This document shows positions 30,882-45,397 of a DNA stretch of 64,000 nucleotides, piece after piece. A model generated the notes under the pieces. The model did not search any database. It saw nothing but the letters and a program-made list of their open reading frames with translations, and was not told the origin of the DNA. Both the position numbers and the translations under genes were made by a program. The stretch is from NCBI RefSeq assembly GCF_003018255.1, contig NZ_CP027440.1, one strand, 5' to 3'. This stretch comes from Escherichia coli (GTDB lineage Bacteria > Pseudomonadota > Gammaproteobacteria > Enterobacterales > Enterobacteriaceae). The number at the start of each line of letters is the position of its first letter. The stretch's first letter is position 1.

Positions 30882-32330
30882 TTAACCTTTCTCCGGTAGT
30901 TTGATCATAAACCTTGTCCCCCGAGCATCTGACGTTACTGCAACCGTGCCTTTATGCGCGACAACAATCGATTTCACTATCGCCAGGCCAATACCGCTAC
31001 CTTCGCCTTTTCGCTGACGGGAGGGGTCAACGCGATAGAAACGGTCAAACAATCGCGGTAAGTGCTCGGGCGCAATGGGCGTACCGGGGTTTTCGACGGT
31101 AACTTGCACCAGGTGATCGACCGTCTGGCAGCGCACGACAATTGTCTCTCCGGTTGGCGTATAACGCAGGGCATTAGAAAGCAGGTTGCTTAACGCCCGA
31201 CGCAGCATCAGCGGATCGCCCGCAACCTGACACTCGTCGCCAACAAACCGCAGCTCCACGCCGCGATCTTCTGCTAACGCCTCGAAAAAATCGAACACTT
31301 TGCCGACTTCATCCGCCAGGTTGAGCATTTTCTTTTCGGGGATTAGCTGGTTGTTATCGGCCTGAGCGAGAAACAGCATATCGCTGACCATTTTCGCCAT
31401 TCGCGTCAGCTCTTCGAGATTAGAGTAGTGCACATCTTCCAGCTCCTTCTGGCTGCGCGACTGGCTGAGGGCGATTTCCGTTTGCGTAATGAGATTAGTA
31501 ATAGGTGTGCGAATTTCGTGGGCGATATCCGCTGAGAAATTGGACTGGCGGGTAAAGACATCCTCAATACGCTCGATCATATGGTTGAACGACAGTACCA
31601 GCTGTTCCAGCTCAATGGGCACGGTCTGCGGGTCAAGGCGAACGTCGAGATCTTTCGAGGTAATGTTCTGGATTTGACGGCTGACGCTGCGGATCGGCGC
31701 GTGACCTTTATGTACCGCCAACAGCACGATAAAGACGATCAGGATGCTGATTACCGATGCGGTCATAATAAGTTTATTCATCAAATCATTTATGTAATGA
31801 AGATGAAAATCGATCGAAAGCGCAATGTAGAGCGTATAAATCGGTTTGCCGTCCACCAGTGGGCCAACCGGCAAGCTAATCATCCGCCAGTTGCTGTGTT
31901 CCATATGCCCGTGACCGTGGCCCGGCATCATCATCGTCGGGCCGGAAAGGAGATACACCTCGCCGCCCTGCGCGTCTTTATCGGGTATGGCGTCACGCGT
32001 AAACTCGCGGATATCCGGCGCTCCGGGGGAGTGATACACCGTTTTACCGTGGCTATTTGCCAGGGAGATCAACACATTGGAATAACCACTGACGATATCT
32101 TCCAGCGTCATTAAGCGTCGGGCTTGCGTTTCGTCAGGGTGATTAAGTACCCGTTCAAGGGTGGCGCTAATCTCCTTTAAATCATTAATATCCTGCTCGG
32201 CAAAATGCACTTTTACCGAGTGGATCATGATCCATGCAAAGGCGAAAAACGCCGCGATGGTGGCGAGGCTGATAAAAAAGGTCAGGCGGGTTGCCAGCGA
32301 AAACGGGCGCTGAAATGGCTTACTGACCAT
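30882..32330 (-). CDS. cusS: copper/silver-sensing histidine kinase
   Basis: 482-aa ORF with two TM segments, periplasmic domain, HisKA (H-box [10 protein letters not shown]) and ATPase domains. Confidence 0.93.
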
Positions 32331-33003
32331 CCGGCACCTCTAGCATGTAACCCACGCCGCGCACGGTTTGAATCAGCTTCGGCTCAAAGTCGTTGTCGAT
32401 TTTGCCACGCAGCCGCTTCACCGCCACATCAATGGCGTTAGTGTCGCTGTCGAAATTCATGTCCCACACCTGTGAGGCAATAAGTGAGCGGGGCAGTACT
32501 TCGCCCTGATGGCGAAGGAAAAACTCCAGCAGAGTAAATTCTTTACTGGTCAGAGTGATGCGCGTGCCACTGCGGGTGACTTTGCGGCTGACGAGATCGA
32601 CCATCAGATCGGCAACCTGAAACTGACTTTCGATAATCACCGCCGCCCCGCGCCGCAGTAGAGTGCGCACCCGCGCCAGCAGTTCAGCAAAAGCGAACGG
32701 CTTCACCAGATAGTCATCCGCCCCCAACTCCAGCCCCTTGACGCGATGTTCAATGGTGCCAAGCGCGGTAAGCAACAGAATCGGCATCCCCTTATTGGCG
32801 GAACGCAACATGCGCACGATATCCCAGCCGTTCACGTCCGGCAGCATAATATCGAGGATTATCAGATCATAATCACCGGTCATCGCCAGATGGTAGCCAT
32901 TCAGCCCGTTGTCGGCCAAATCGACCACAAAACCGGCTTCGGTTAACCCTTTGGTCAAGTATTCTCCGGTTTTCTTTTCATCTTCGACAATCAACAGTTT
33001 CAT
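32320..33003 (-). CDS. cusR: copper/silver response regulator (OmpR family)
   Basis: 227-aa [19 protein letters not shown]..., receiver plus winged-helix domains, overlaps cusS start. Confidence 0.95.
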
Positions 33004-33068
33004 ATTTCCTCCGCATGTTGCCCGGGCAATTCTAGAGTAGCGGGATCAGATGGCAATCGCTTATTGGC

Positions 33069-33090
33069 AAAATGACAATTTTGTCATTTT
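33069..33090. promoter_or_regulatory. CusR box in the divergent cusR-cusC intergenic region
   Basis: Perfect palindrome aaaatgacaattttgtcatttt. Confidence 0.75.
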
Positions 33091-33159
33091 CCTGTCACCG
33101 GAAAATCAGAGCCTGGCGAGTAAAGTTGGCGGCATAAAATCACCAGAAATTATGAGCCT

Positions 33160-34542
33160 ATGTCTCCTTGTAAACTTCTGCCATTTTGTGTGGCCCTTGC
33201 GCTAACCGGTTGTTCACTGGCACCGGATTATCAGCGCCCGGCAATGCCCGTGCCGCAGCAGTTCTCACTCAACCAGAACGGCCTGGTTAACGCAGCAGAT
33301 AACTACCAGAACGCGGGCTGGCGCACCTTTTTTGTTGATAATCAGGTGAAGACGCTGATTAGCGAGGCGCTGGTGAATAACCGGGATTTGCGCATGGCGA
33401 CGCTGAAAGTGCAGGAAGCGCGGGCGCAATATCGTCTGACCGATGCCGACCGCTACCCACAGCTCAATGGCGAGGGCAGCGGCAGCTGGAGCAACAATCT
33501 TAAAGGCGATTCAGCCACGACGCGGGAGTTCTCGACTGGCCTTAACGCCAGCTTTGATCTCGATTTTTTCGGGCGCTTAAAGAACATGAGCGAAGCCGAG
33601 CGCCAAAATTATTTAGCCACTGAGGAAGCTCAGCGCGCGGTGCATATTTTGCTGGTTTCTAATGTCGCGCAAAGCTATTTCAATCAGCAGCTGGCGTATG
33701 CGCAATTGCAAATAGCCGAAGAAACGCTGCGTAATTATCAGCAGTCATATGCGTTTGTCGAAAAACAACTGTTGACAGGTAGCAGTAATGTTCTGGCGCT
33801 GGAACAGGCTCGCGGGGTGATTGAAAGTACCCGCAGCGACATCGCTAAACGTCAGGGGGAACTGGCGCAGGCGAATAATGCATTGCAACTGTTATTGGGA
33901 AGCTACGGCAAGCTGCCGCAAGCGCAGACAGTAAACAGCGACAGCCTGCAAAGCGTTAAATTACCGGCGGGCTTGTCGTCGCAAATCTTATTGCAGCGCC
34001 CGGATATTATGGAAGCTGAACATGCGTTAATGGCGGCTAATGCCAATATTGGTGCTGCACGCGCGGCATTTTTCCCGTCTATCAGCCTGACCAGCGGAAT
34101 ATCAACCGCCAGCAGCGATCTGTCGTCATTATTTAACGCCAGCAGCGGGATGTGGAATTTTATACCCAAAATTGAGATCCCCATTTTTAATGCCGGACGT
34201 AACCAGGCCAATCTGGATATCGCCGAAATTCGCCAGCAGCAGTCGGTGGTGAATTATGAACAGAAAATCCAGAACGCCTTTAAAGAAGTGGCAGATGCGC
34301 TGGCATTACGTCAAAGCCTGAACGATCAAATTAGCGCCCAGCAGCGTTATCTGGCGTCGCTGCAAATTACTTTGCAACGGGCGCGGGCATTATATCAGCA
34401 CGGCGCGGTAAGTTATCTGGAAGTGCTGGATGCTGAGCGTTCTTTATTTGCAACCCGACAAACTTTACTTGACCTGAATTATGCCCGTCAGGTTAATGAA
34501 ATTTCTTTATATACCGCCTTAGGCGGCGGTTGGCAGCAATAA
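33160..34542 (+). CDS. cusC: outer-membrane factor of the Cus copper/silver efflux system
   Basis: 460-aa ORF MSPCKLLPFCVALALTGCSLAPDY... (lipoprotein signal, TolC-like). Confidence 0.95.
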   Translation: MSPCKLLPFCVALALTGCSLAPDYQRPAMPVPQQFSLNQNGLVNAADNYQNAGWRTFFVDNQVKTLISEALVNNRDLRMATLKVQEARAQYRLTDADRYPQLNGEGSGSWSNNLKGDSATTREFSTGLNASFDLDFFGRLKNMSEAERQNYLATEEAQRAVHILLVSNVAQSYFNQQLAYAQLQIAEETLRNYQQSYAFVEKQLLTGSSNVLALEQARGVIESTRSDIAKRQGELAQANNALQLLLGSYGKLPQAQTVNSDSLQSVKLPAGLSSQILLQRPDIMEAEHALMAANANIGAARAAFFPSISLTSGISTASSDLSSLFNASSGMWNFIPKIEIPIFNAGRNQANLDIAEIRQQQSVVNYEQKIQNAFKEVADALALRQSLNDQISAQQRYLASLQITLQRARALYQHGAVSYLEVLDAERSLFATRQTLLDLNYARQVNEISLYTALGGGWQQ

Positions 34543-34565
34543 TTTTTAACTCCAGGAGAGAATAA

Positions 34566-34898
34566 ATGAAAAAAGCACTGCAAGTCGCAATGTTTAGTCT
34601 GTTTACCGTTATTGGCTTTAATGCCCAGGCTAACGAACATCATCATGAAACCATGAGCGAGGCACAACCACAGGTCATTAGCGCCACCGGTGTGGTAAAA
34701 ACCATTGATCTGGAAAGCAAAAAAATCATCATCCACCACGATCCAATTACCGCGGTGAACTGGCCGGAGATGACCATGCGCTTTACCATCACCCCGCAGA
34801 CGAAAATGAGTGAAATTAAAACCGGCGACAAAGTGGCGTTTAATTTTGTCCAGCAGGGCAACCTTTCTTTATTACAGGATATTAAAGTCAGCCAGTAA
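34566..34898 (+). CDS. cusF: periplasmic copper/silver chaperone
   Basis: 110-aa ORF with signal peptide and metal-binding Met/His/Trp residues. Confidence 0.95.
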   Translation: MKKALQVAMFSLFTVIGFNAQANEHHHETMSEAQPQVISATGVVKTIDLESKKIIIHHDPITAVNWPEMTMRFTITPQTKMSEIKTGDKVAFNFVQQGNLSLLQDIKVSQ

Positions 34899-34913
34899 CC
34901 CAGGTTTAATGAG

Positions 34914-36137
34914 ATGAAAAAAATCGCGCTTATTATCGGCAGCATGATCGCGGGCGGTATTATTTCTGCGGCAGGTTTTACCTGGTTTGCAAAGGCGGAA
35001 CCGCCCGCAGAAAAAACGTCGACCGCAGAACGTAAAATCTTATTCTGGTACGACCCGATGTATCCCAATACGCGGTTCGATAAACCAGGTAAATCGCCGT
35101 TTATGGATATGGATCTGGTGCCGAAATATGCCGATGAAGAGAGTTCTGCGTCTGGTGTACGCATTGACCCGACCCAGACGCAGAATCTGGGGGTGAAAAC
35201 GGCGACCGTAACGCGCGGGCCGCTGACTTTTGCCCAGAGTTTCCCGGCGAATGTCAGTTACAACGAGTATCAGTATGCCATTGTGCAGGCTCGCGCTGCC
35301 GGGTTTATCGATAAGGTGTATCCGCTTACCGTGGGCGATAAAGTACAAAAGGGCACACCGCTTCTCGACCTGACCATTCCCGACTGGGTGGAAGCGCAGA
35401 GTGAGTATTTACTGCTGCGCGAAACCGGCGGTACGGCGACCCAGACTGAAGGCATTCTTGAGCGACTGCGACTGGCGGGAATGCCGGAGGCGGATATTCG
35501 CCGCCTGATTGCCACGCAAAAAATCCAGACTCGCTTTACGCTCAAAGCACCCATTGATGGCGTGATCACCGCGTTTGATCTGCGCGCGGGAATGAATATC
35601 GCCAAAGATAACGTGGTCGCGAAAATTCAGGGTATGGACCCGGTGTGGATCACTGCCGCGATCCCGGAGTCCATCGCCTGGCTGGTGAAAGATGCCTCGC
35701 AGTTTACGCTCACCGTTCCGGCGCGACCTGATAAAACACTCACCATTCGCAAATGGACCCTGCTACCCGGCGTGGATGCCGCGACCCGCACGCTGCAGCT
35801 GCGTCTGGAAGTCGACAACGCCGACGAGTCGCTAAAACCGGGCATGAACGCCTGGTTGCAACTCAATACCGCCAGCGAACCGATGCTGCTCATTCCGTCA
35901 CAGGCGCTGATTGATACCGGCAGTGAACAGCGGGTGATTACCGTTGATGCCGACGGACGCTTTGTACCGAAACGCGTTGCCGTTTTCCAGGCATCGCAAG
36001 GCGTCACCGCGTTACGCTCTGGTCTGGCGGAAGGTGAAAAGGTGGTTTCCAGCGGCCTGTTCCTGATTGATTCCGAAGCCAATATTTCTGGCGCACTGGA
36101 GCGGATGCGCTCTGAAAGTGCTACCCATGCGCATTGA
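34914..36137 (+). CDS. cusB: Cus efflux membrane fusion protein
   Basis: 407-aa ORF; operon position between cusF and cusA. Confidence 0.95.
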   Translation: MKKIALIIGSMIAGGIISAAGFTWFAKAEPPAEKTSTAERKILFWYDPMYPNTRFDKPGKSPFMDMDLVPKYADEESSASGVRIDPTQTQNLGVKTATVTRGPLTFAQSFPANVSYNEYQYAIVQARAAGFIDKVYPLTVGDKVQKGTPLLDLTIPDWVEAQSEYLLLRETGGTATQTEGILERLRLAGMPEADIRRLIATQKIQTRFTLKAPIDGVITAFDLRAGMNIAKDNVVAKIQGMDPVWITAAIPESIAWLVKDASQFTLTVPARPDKTLTIRKWTLLPGVDAATRTLQLRLEVDNADESLKPGMNAWLQLNTASEPMLLIPSQALIDTGSEQRVITVDADGRFVPKRVAVFQASQGVTALRSGLAEGEKVVSSGLFLIDSEANISGALERMRSESATHAH

Positions 36138-36148
36138 GGGAATAACCA

Positions 36149-39100
36149 ATGATTGAATGGATTATTCGTCGCTCGGTGGCGAACCGTTTTCTGGTGCTGA
36201 TGGGCGCGTTGTTTCTGAGTATCTGGGGCACCTGGACCATCATTAACACGCCAGTGGATGCACTGCCGGATCTCTCTGATGTGCAGGTGATTATTAAAAC
36301 CAGCTATCCCGGTCAGGCACCGCAAATCGTTGAAAATCAGGTGACTTATCCGCTAACCACCACCATGTTGTCGGTGCCTGGCGCGAAGACTGTGCGCGGT
36401 TTCTCGCAGTTTGGCGACTCTTATGTGTATGTCATTTTCGAAGATGGCACCGATCCGTACTGGGCGCGCTCGCGGGTGCTGGAGTACCTCAACCAGGTAC
36501 AGGGTAAGCTGCCTGCGGGAGTCAGCGCCGAGCTGGGGCCAGATGCCACGGGTGTTGGCTGGATCTATGAATATGCACTGGTGGATCGCAGCGGTAAGCA
36601 CGATCTTGCCGATTTACGCTCATTGCAGGACTGGTTTCTCAAATATGAGCTGAAAACCATTCCTGACGTTGCGGAAGTGGCGTCGGTAGGCGGTGTGGTG
36701 AAAGAGTATCAGGTGGTTATCGATCCTCAGCGCCTGGCGCAATATGGCATCAGTCTCGCCGAAGTAAAAAGCGCGCTGGATGCTTCAAACCAGGAAGCGG
36801 GTGGTTCGTCGATCGAACTGGCGGAAGCGGAATATATGGTGCGAGCCAGCGGCTATCTGCAAACGCTCGACGACTTTAATCACATCGTTTTAAAAGCCAG
36901 TGAAAATGGCGTGCCCGTTTATCTGCGTGATGTTGCGAAGGTCCAGATTGGCCCGGAGATGCGCCGGGGCATTGCCGAACTGAACGGCGAAGGCGAAGTG
37001 GCGGGCGGGGTGGTGATCCTGCGCTCCGGCAAAAACGCCCGAGAAGTAATCGCCGCCGTGAAGGACAAACTGGAAACGCTGAAAAGTAGTCTGCCGGAAG
37101 GCGTGGAGATAGTTACAACATACGATCGCAGCCAGCTCATTGATCGCGCCATCGACAACCTCAGCGGCAAGTTGCTGGAAGAGTTTATTGTGGTGGCGGT
37201 AGTCTGTGCGCTGTTTCTCTGGCATGTGCGCTCGGCGCTGGTGGCGATTATTTCGTTGCCGCTGGGGTTGTGTATTGCTTTTATTGTCATGCACTTTCAG
37301 GGACTGAACGCCAATATTATGTCGTTGGGTGGCATTGCGATTGCCGTCGGGGCGATGGTCGATGCCGCTATCGTCATGATCGAGAATGCGCATAAACGGC
37401 TGGAAGAGTGGCAGCACCAGCATCCTGACGCCACGTTGGATAATAAAACGCGCTGGCAGGTGATTACCGATGCATCTGTTGAAGTGGGGCCGGCGCTGTT
37501 TATCAGTCTGCTGATTATCACGCTGTCGTTTATCCCGATCTTCACCCTGGAAGGGCAGGAAGGGCGTCTGTTTGGCCCGCTGGCGTTCACCAAAACCTAT
37601 GCGATGGCGGGTGCGGCGCTACTGGCGATCGTAGTGATCCCGATCCTGATGGGCTACTGGATCCGTGGCAAAATTCCGCCGGAAAGCAGTAACCCGCTCA
37701 ATCGCTTTTTGATTCGTGTTTATCATCCGCTGTTGCTGAAAGTACTGCACTGGCCGAAAACCACGCTGTTGGTGGCAGCGCTTTCGGTGCTGACGGTTCT
37801 CTGGCCGCTCAATAAAGTTGGCGGGGAATTTTTACCGCAGATCAATGAAGGCGACTTGTTGTATATGCCATCGACGCTGCCGGGGATTTCCGCAGCAGAG
37901 GCGGCGAGCATGCTGCAAAAAACCGACAAGCTGATTATGAGCGTACCGGAAGTGGCGCGGGTATTTGGCAAAACCGGGAAAGCGGAAACCGCCACCGATT
38001 CAGCTCCACTGGAGATGGTAGAAACGACTATCCAGCTTAAGCCGCAGGATCAGTGGCGGCCTGGCATGACGATGGACAAAATCATTGAGGAACTGGATAA
38101 CACCGTGCGTCTGCCGGGGCTGGCGAATCTGTGGGTGCCGCCAATTCGTAACCGTATCGATATGCTCTCGACTGGCATTAAAAGCCCGATTGGCATTAAA
38201 GTTTCCGGCACCGTGCTGGCGGATATCGACGCGATGGCGGAGCAAATTGAAGAAGTGGCGCGAACGGTGCCAGGCGTGGCTTCTGCGCTTGCTGAGCGTC
38301 TGGAAGGTGGGCGTTATATCAACGTTGAGATTAACCGTGAAAAAGCCGCGCGTTACGGTATGACGGTGGCGGATGTGCAGTTGTTTGTGACTTCTGCGGT
38401 GGGCGGGGCGATGGTTGGCGAAACGGTGGAAGGGATTGCTCGTTATCCAATTAATCTGCGTTATCCGCAAAGCTGGCGCGATAGCCCGCAGGCACTGCGC
38501 CAGTTGCCGATCCTCACGCCGATGAAGCAGCAAATCACCCTGGCAGACGTGGCTGACGTTAAAGTCTCTACCGGACCGTCGATGCTGAAAACCGAGAATG
38601 CGCGCCCGACGAGCTGGATTTATATCGATGCCCGCGATCGTGACATGGTGTCGGTGGTTCACGATCTGCAAAAAGCGATAGCTGAAAAAGTGCAGTTAAA
38701 ACCGGGCACCAGCGTGGCATTCTCCGGGCAGTTCGAGCTACTGGAGCGCGCCAACCATAAGCTGAAACTCATGGTGCCGATGACGCTGATGATCATCTTC
38801 GTGCTGTTATATCTGGCGTTCCGTCGGGTGGGCGAAGCGTTGCTGATTATCAGCAGCGTACCGTTTGCGCTGGTGGGCGGCATCTGGTTGCTGTGGTGGA
38901 TGGGCTTTCATCTTTCCGTGGCGACGGGCACCGGTTTTATTGCCCTTGCCGGGGTTGCCGCCGAATTTGGCGTGGTGATGCTGATGTATTTACGTCACGC
39001 CATAGAGGCCGAGCCGTCGTTGAATAATCCGCAAACATTCAGCGAGCAGAAGCTGGATGAGGCGTTGTATCACGGCGCGGTCCTGCGCGTGCGCCCGAAA

Positions 39101-39292
39101 GCGATGACGGTGGCAGTGATTATCGCCGGTCTGCTGCCGATTCTGTGGGGAACGGGGGCTGGTTCAGAGGTGATGAGCCGGATTGCCGCACCGATGATTG
39201 GCGGCATGATCACCGCACCTTTGCTGTCGCTGTTTATTATCCCGGCGGCGTATAAGCTGATGTGGCTGCACCGACATCGGGTACGGAAATAA
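36149..39292 (+). CDS. cusA: RND heavy-metal efflux pump
   Basis: 1047-aa ORF, 12-TM RND transporter. Confidence 0.97.
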   Translation: MIEWIIRRSVANRFLVLMGALFLSIWGTWTIINTPVDALPDLSDVQVIIKTSYPGQAPQIVENQVTYPLTTTMLSVPGAKTVRGFSQFGDSYVYVIFEDGTDPYWARSRVLEYLNQVQGKLPAGVSAELGPDATGVGWIYEYALVDRSGKHDLADLRSLQDWFLKYELKTIPDVAEVASVGGVVKEYQVVIDPQRLAQYGISLAEVKSALDASNQEAGGSSIELAEAEYMVRASGYLQTLDDFNHIVLKASENGVPVYLRDVAKVQIGPEMRRGIAELNGEGEVAGGVVILRSGKNAREVIAAVKDKLETLKSSLPEGVEIVTTYDRSQLIDRAIDNLSGKLLEEFIVVAVVCALFLWHVRSALVAIISLPLGLCIAFIVMHFQGLNANIMSLGGIAIAVGAMVDAAIVMIENAHKRLEEWQHQHPDATLDNKTRWQVITDASVEVGPALFISLLIITLSFIPIFTLEGQEGRLFGPLAFTKTYAMAGAALLAIVVIPILMGYWIRGKIPPESSNPLNRFLIRVYHPLLLKVLHWPKTTLLVAALSVLTVLWPLNKVGGEFLPQINEGDLLYMPSTLPGISAAEAASMLQKTDKLIMSVPEVARVFGKTGKAETATDSAPLEMVETTIQLKPQDQWRPGMTMDKIIEELDNTVRLPGLANLWVPPIRNRIDMLSTGIKSPIGIKVSGTVLADIDAMAEQIEEVARTVPGVASALAERLEGGRYINVEINREKAARYGMTVADVQLFVTSAVGGAMVGETVEGIARYPINLRYPQSWRDSPQALRQLPILTPMKQQITLADVADVKVSTGPSMLKTENARPTSWIYIDARDRDMVSVVHDLQKAIAEKVQLKPGTSVAFSGQFELLERANHKLKLMVPMTLMIIFVLLYLAFRRVGEALLIISSVPFALVGGIWLLWWMGFHLSVATGTGFIALAGVAAEFGVVMLMYLRHAIEAEPSLNNPQTFSEQKLDEALYHGAVLRVRPKAMTVAVIIAGLLPILWGTGAGSEVMSRIAAPMIGGMITAPLLSLFIIPAAYKLMWLHRHRVRK

Positions 39293-39393
39293 AAGCAGGA
39301 TACCCCGTTTAACCGTGTGGATTGTGTCTTGCGACGATGGGCACTAAATGTTAAAAGGTGCCCCTCAACAAAAAAGACACACAGGGGAAAGGC

Positions 39394-40770
39394 GTGAAAA
39401 ACGCGTCAACCGTATCGGAAGATACTGCGTCGAATCAAGAGCCGACGCTTCATCGCGGATTACATAACCGTCATATTCAACTGATTGCGCTGGGTGGCGC
39501 AATTGGTACTGGTCTGTTTCTTGGCATTGGTCCGGCGATTCAGATGGCGGGTCCGGCTGTATTGCTGGGCTACGGCGTCGCCGGGATCATCGCTTTCCTG
39601 ATTATGCGCCAGCTTGGCGAAATGGTGGTTGAGGAGCCGGTATCCGGTTCATTTGCCCACTTTGCCTATAAATACTGGGGACCGTTTGCGGGCTTCCTCT
39701 CTGGCTGGAACTACTGGGTAATGTTCGTGCTGGTGGGAATGGCAGAGCTGACCGCTGCGGGCATCTATATGCAGTACTGGTTCCCGGATGTTCCAACGTG
39801 GATTTGGGCTGCCGCCTTCTTTATTATCATCAACGCCGTTAACCTGGTGAACGTGCGCTTATATGGCGAAACCGAATTCTGGTTTGCGCTGATTAAAGTG
39901 CTGGCGATCATCGGTATGATCGGCTTTGGCCTGTGGCTGCTGTTTTCTGGTCACGGCGGCGAGAAAGCCAGTATCGATAACCTCTGGCGTTACGGTGGTT
40001 TTTTTGCCACCGGCTGGAATGGGCTGATTTTGTCGCTGGCGGTAATTATGTTCTCTTTCGGCGGTCTGGAGCTGATTGGGATTACTGCCGCTGAAGCGCG
40101 CGATCCGGAAAAAAGCATTCCGAAAGCAGTGAATCAGGTGGTGTATCGCATTCTGCTGTTTTATATCGGTTCACTGGTGGTTTTACTGGCACTCTATCCG
40201 TGGGTGGAAGTGAAATCCAACAGTAGCCCGTTTGTGATGATTTTCCATAATCTCGACAGCAACGTGGTAGCTTCTGCGCTGAACTTCGTCATTCTGGTGG
40301 CATCGCTGTCGGTGTATAACAGCGGGGTTTACTCTAACAGCCGCATGCTGTTTGGCCTTTCTGTGCAGGGTAATGCACCGAAGTTTTTGACTCGCGTCAG
40401 CCGTCGCGGCGTGCCGATTAACTCGCTGATGCTTTCCGGAGCCGTCACTTCGCTGGTGGTGCTGATTAACTATCTGCTGCCGCAAAAAGCGTTTGGTCTG
40501 CTGATGGCGCTGGTGGTAGCAACGCTGCTGTTGAACTGGATTATGATCTGCCTGGCGCATCTGCGTTTTCGCGCGGCGATGCGACGTCAGGGACGTGAAA
40601 CACAGTTTAAGGCGCTGCTCTATCCGTTCGGCAACTATCTTTGCATCGCCTTCCTCGGCATGATTTTGCTGCTGATGTGCACGATGGATGATATGCGCTT
40701 GTCAGCGATTCTGCTGCCAGTGTGGATTGTATTCCTGTTTGTAGCGTTTAAAACGCTGCGTCGGAAATAA
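39394..40770 (+). CDS. pheP: phenylalanine-specific permease (APC family)
   Basis: ORF 39358..40770; start placed at GTG 39394 (VKNASTVSEDTASNQEPTLHRGLHNRHIQLIALGGAIGTGLF...). Confidence 0.9.
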   Translation: MKNASTVSEDTASNQEPTLHRGLHNRHIQLIALGGAIGTGLFLGIGPAIQMAGPAVLLGYGVAGIIAFLIMRQLGEMVVEEPVSGSFAHFAYKYWGPFAGFLSGWNYWVMFVLVGMAELTAAGIYMQYWFPDVPTWIWAAAFFIIINAVNLVNVRLYGETEFWFALIKVLAIIGMIGFGLWLLFSGHGGEKASIDNLWRYGGFFATGWNGLILSLAVIMFSFGGLELIGITAAEARDPEKSIPKAVNQVVYRILLFYIGSLVVLLALYPWVEVKSNSSPFVMIFHNLDSNVVASALNFVILVASLSVYNSGVYSNSRMLFGLSVQGNAPKFLTRVSRRGVPINSLMLSGAVTSLVVLINYLLPQKAFGLLMALVVATLLLNWIMICLAHLRFRAAMRRQGRETQFKALLYPFGNYLCIAFLGMILLLMCTMDDMRLSAILLPVWIVFLFVAFKTLRRK

Positions 40771-40812
40771 GGCATTCGCGCCGTATCCGACAAAATGATG
40801 TCAACCATCCGA

Positions 40813-40848
40813 AACCGCTCTCATCCATTCGATGAGAGCGGTTTTTTT
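40813..40848 (+). terminator. intrinsic terminator between convergent pheP and ybdG
   Basis: Hairpin aaccgctctcatc/gatgagagcggtt followed by T run. Confidence 0.75.
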
Positions 40849-40850
40849 AA

Positions 40851-42146
<1,296 letters not shown>

Positions 42147-42205
42147 TTATGCAAATCAGGAGAATCTGAGGGGAAATAGCCGGGCAGATGCCCGGCAAGG
42201 GAGAA

Positions 42206-42859
42206 TTACACTTCGGTTAAGGTAATGTTTTGCGGCAGACGAGATTTCGGCAGCGTAGCGTTAAAATCTTCAACGCTGTGATGACCCACAGGAACAACCA
42301 CCAGACTGGTGTAGCCTTTCTCTTCCAGACCAAATTCTTCATCGAGGATGGCGGCGTCAAAACCTTCGATGGGCACCGCGTCCAGACCCAGCGCCGCCAC
42401 GCCGAGCAGGAAGTTACCGACGTTGAGATAAACCTGTTTTGCCATCCACTCTGCATCATCGTGCAGATCTTTACGGTGCATATCGGCGAAGAACTTGCGA
42501 CCTTTATCGTTCGCGGCTTTCGCTTCCGGCGTGGCAAAGCGGCCATCGGCATCTTCCTGGTCAACAACCAGCTTCAGCCAGGCATCGTCCATCGCGGTTT
42601 TTGCACAGAACACCACGACGTGCGAGGCATCAAGCATTTTACGCTCGTTGAACACGTAATTATCGGCAGCGGATTTGGCAACACGCGCTTTACCTTCTTC
42701 CGTGCTGGCAACAATAAAATGCCATGGCTGGGAGTTGGTGCTGGATGGGCTGTATTGCAGTAGCGTTTTTATCTGCTCGGCCTGTTCCGGGGTAAGTTTT
42801 TTGCTGGCATCAAATGCCTTAGTGGAATGACGCTTTAAGGCGACAGAAATGATATCCAT
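42206..42859 (-). CDS. nfsB: oxygen-insensitive NAD(P)H nitroreductase
   Basis: ORF 42206..42910; start placed at [23 protein letters not shown]... giving 217 aa. Confidence 0.95.
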   Translation of the reverse strand: MDIISVALKRHSTKAFDASKKLTPEQAEQIKTLLQYSPSSTNSQPWHFIVASTEEGKARVAKSAADNYVFNERKMLDASHVVVFCAKTAMDDAWLKLVVDQEDADGRFATPEAKAANDKGRKFFADMHRKDLHDDAEWMAKQVYLNVGNFLLGVAALGLDAVPIEGFDAAILDEEFGLEEKGYTSLVVVPVGHHSVEDFNATLPKSRLPQNITLTEV

Positions 42860-42952
42860 AAAGACTCCATGTGAAAGTAATTTTGCGTGCCAGCAGATTA
42901 CAAGGTTCAACGAGAAATGGTAAGCGAGAAAAATGCGCTATAGATTTCCGCT

Positions 42953-43321
42953 TTAGCCTGGACGCACTCTTTTTTGATCGCGTTTAGCCAGACCATCAAC
43001 CACCAGATTCCACGAATCGTTGATCAGATCGCGAAGTAACGCTTCGGAGATTTCCTCGCCGGGATACACTGAAATCCAGTGCTTTTTATTCATGTGATAC
43101 CCTGGCTTGATGCTCGGGTATATTTGCTGATTTAACAGGGATTTTTGTGGATCGGACTTCAGATTGATAAAGGGGACGCCGCGCAGCTCCGACGACAGCA
43201 TAAAAATCTTGCCGCCAATTTTAAAAACATCGAACTCCGGGCCAAAAGGCCAGCAAAGCTCGACAAAGGGTAACTCAAGGGCCAGGCGTTTCGCCGTTTC
43301 GTGCAGTGATTGCTTATCCAT
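42953..43321 (-). CDS. ybdF: YbdF (DUF419-family protein)
   Basis: ORF 42953..43441; start placed at [21 protein letters not shown]... giving 122 aa. Confidence 0.8.
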
Positions 43322-43385
43322 AAACGTTCCTTTAGGCGAAGGAGAATAAGCAAAGTATGCCGCGAAGTACGGCGATAATCGACGT

Positions 43386-43634
43386 TTAATCCGCCAGCGA
43401 GAACCAGCGTCGCCAGATAAAGCGCAGAACAAAATACTCAATAGCGCCCAGCACTAAAAACCACAGACAAAACAATAAAGTGTAAAGCTGGCTAAGATCC
43501 ATCAGATGGAACATGGTCACCAGTTTTTGTGCCAGCGTCAGCCCCAGTGCGGGGGCGGGCAGCAGCAGGCAAGAAAGGAAAGCCATCAGCAAAATGCCTG
43601 CTGCGGTGGTCAAGGTTTCTAAAGGGTGTTTCAT
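43386..43634 (-). CDS. ybdJ: small inner-membrane protein
   Basis: 82-aa two-TM ORF in conserved position. Confidence 0.8.
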
Positions 43635-43699
43635 AACATTGTTAAATGTAAGTTAAAACACCATTGTCAGGGATATTCTTCTGTAAGGCAATTCCCGGC

Positions 43700-44827
<1,128 letters not shown>

Positions 44828-45259
44828 TTATGTTGGCGTTTTCTATTCAGTATAGAAGTCGGAGCGGCTGGGCGAGATGCGGAAGTTCTGGAATGTTTCT
44901 TTTTTTGATGATGGTGACTGAAGCAAATTGGCTACATTTTGCAATATGACAAGTTATGGCAGTGCGGACTGGTGGCGAAGAATTTTGACGATTGAGGCAT
45001 GCAGAATAAAACGGGTTCAGCTTCAGTTGATCAAATGAGGATTGAGAAGTCCGAAACAGGACTTACTGTATAAATAAACAGCTATTTTGCTAAGGAAGGG
45101 TAAGATAACGGCGGGTGCCTGAAGCTTTCCGGTTTCAGGTTTACTCTGAGGTCTGGAAAGATGAAGCCCCAGGAGATATTTCTATCAATCCTGGGGCTGC
45201 CACTCCAAACCCAAACAATTTGGATGGTAGTCCCTTCTTCGCATGGAGGCAATATAAAC

Positions 45260-45397
45260 ATGCTGACGAAATATGCCCTTGTGGCGGTCATGGTGCTGTG
45301 TTTAAAGGTAATTTTTATCCGGTTTATTCGGAGCAATAGTGATTGCAAGCGTATCAAGAAAATTCTTATAGAACTGAGCAATTTGTTGCCAGAATGA
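45260..45397 (+). pseudogene. hokE: hokE toxin gene remnant (Hok N-terminus intact for about 15 codons, then unrelated sequence)
   Basis: ATG 45260 encodes MLTKYALVAVMVLCL (Hok family N-terminus); after about 45304 the frame reads KVIFIRFIRSNSD..., unlike Hok; expected position downstream of ybdK. Confidence 0.5.

Noticed and set aside
36890-38671. Several 90-220 aa minus-strand ORFs inside cusA
   Set aside because: Antisense shadow ORFs within a continuous 1047-aa RND pump gene.
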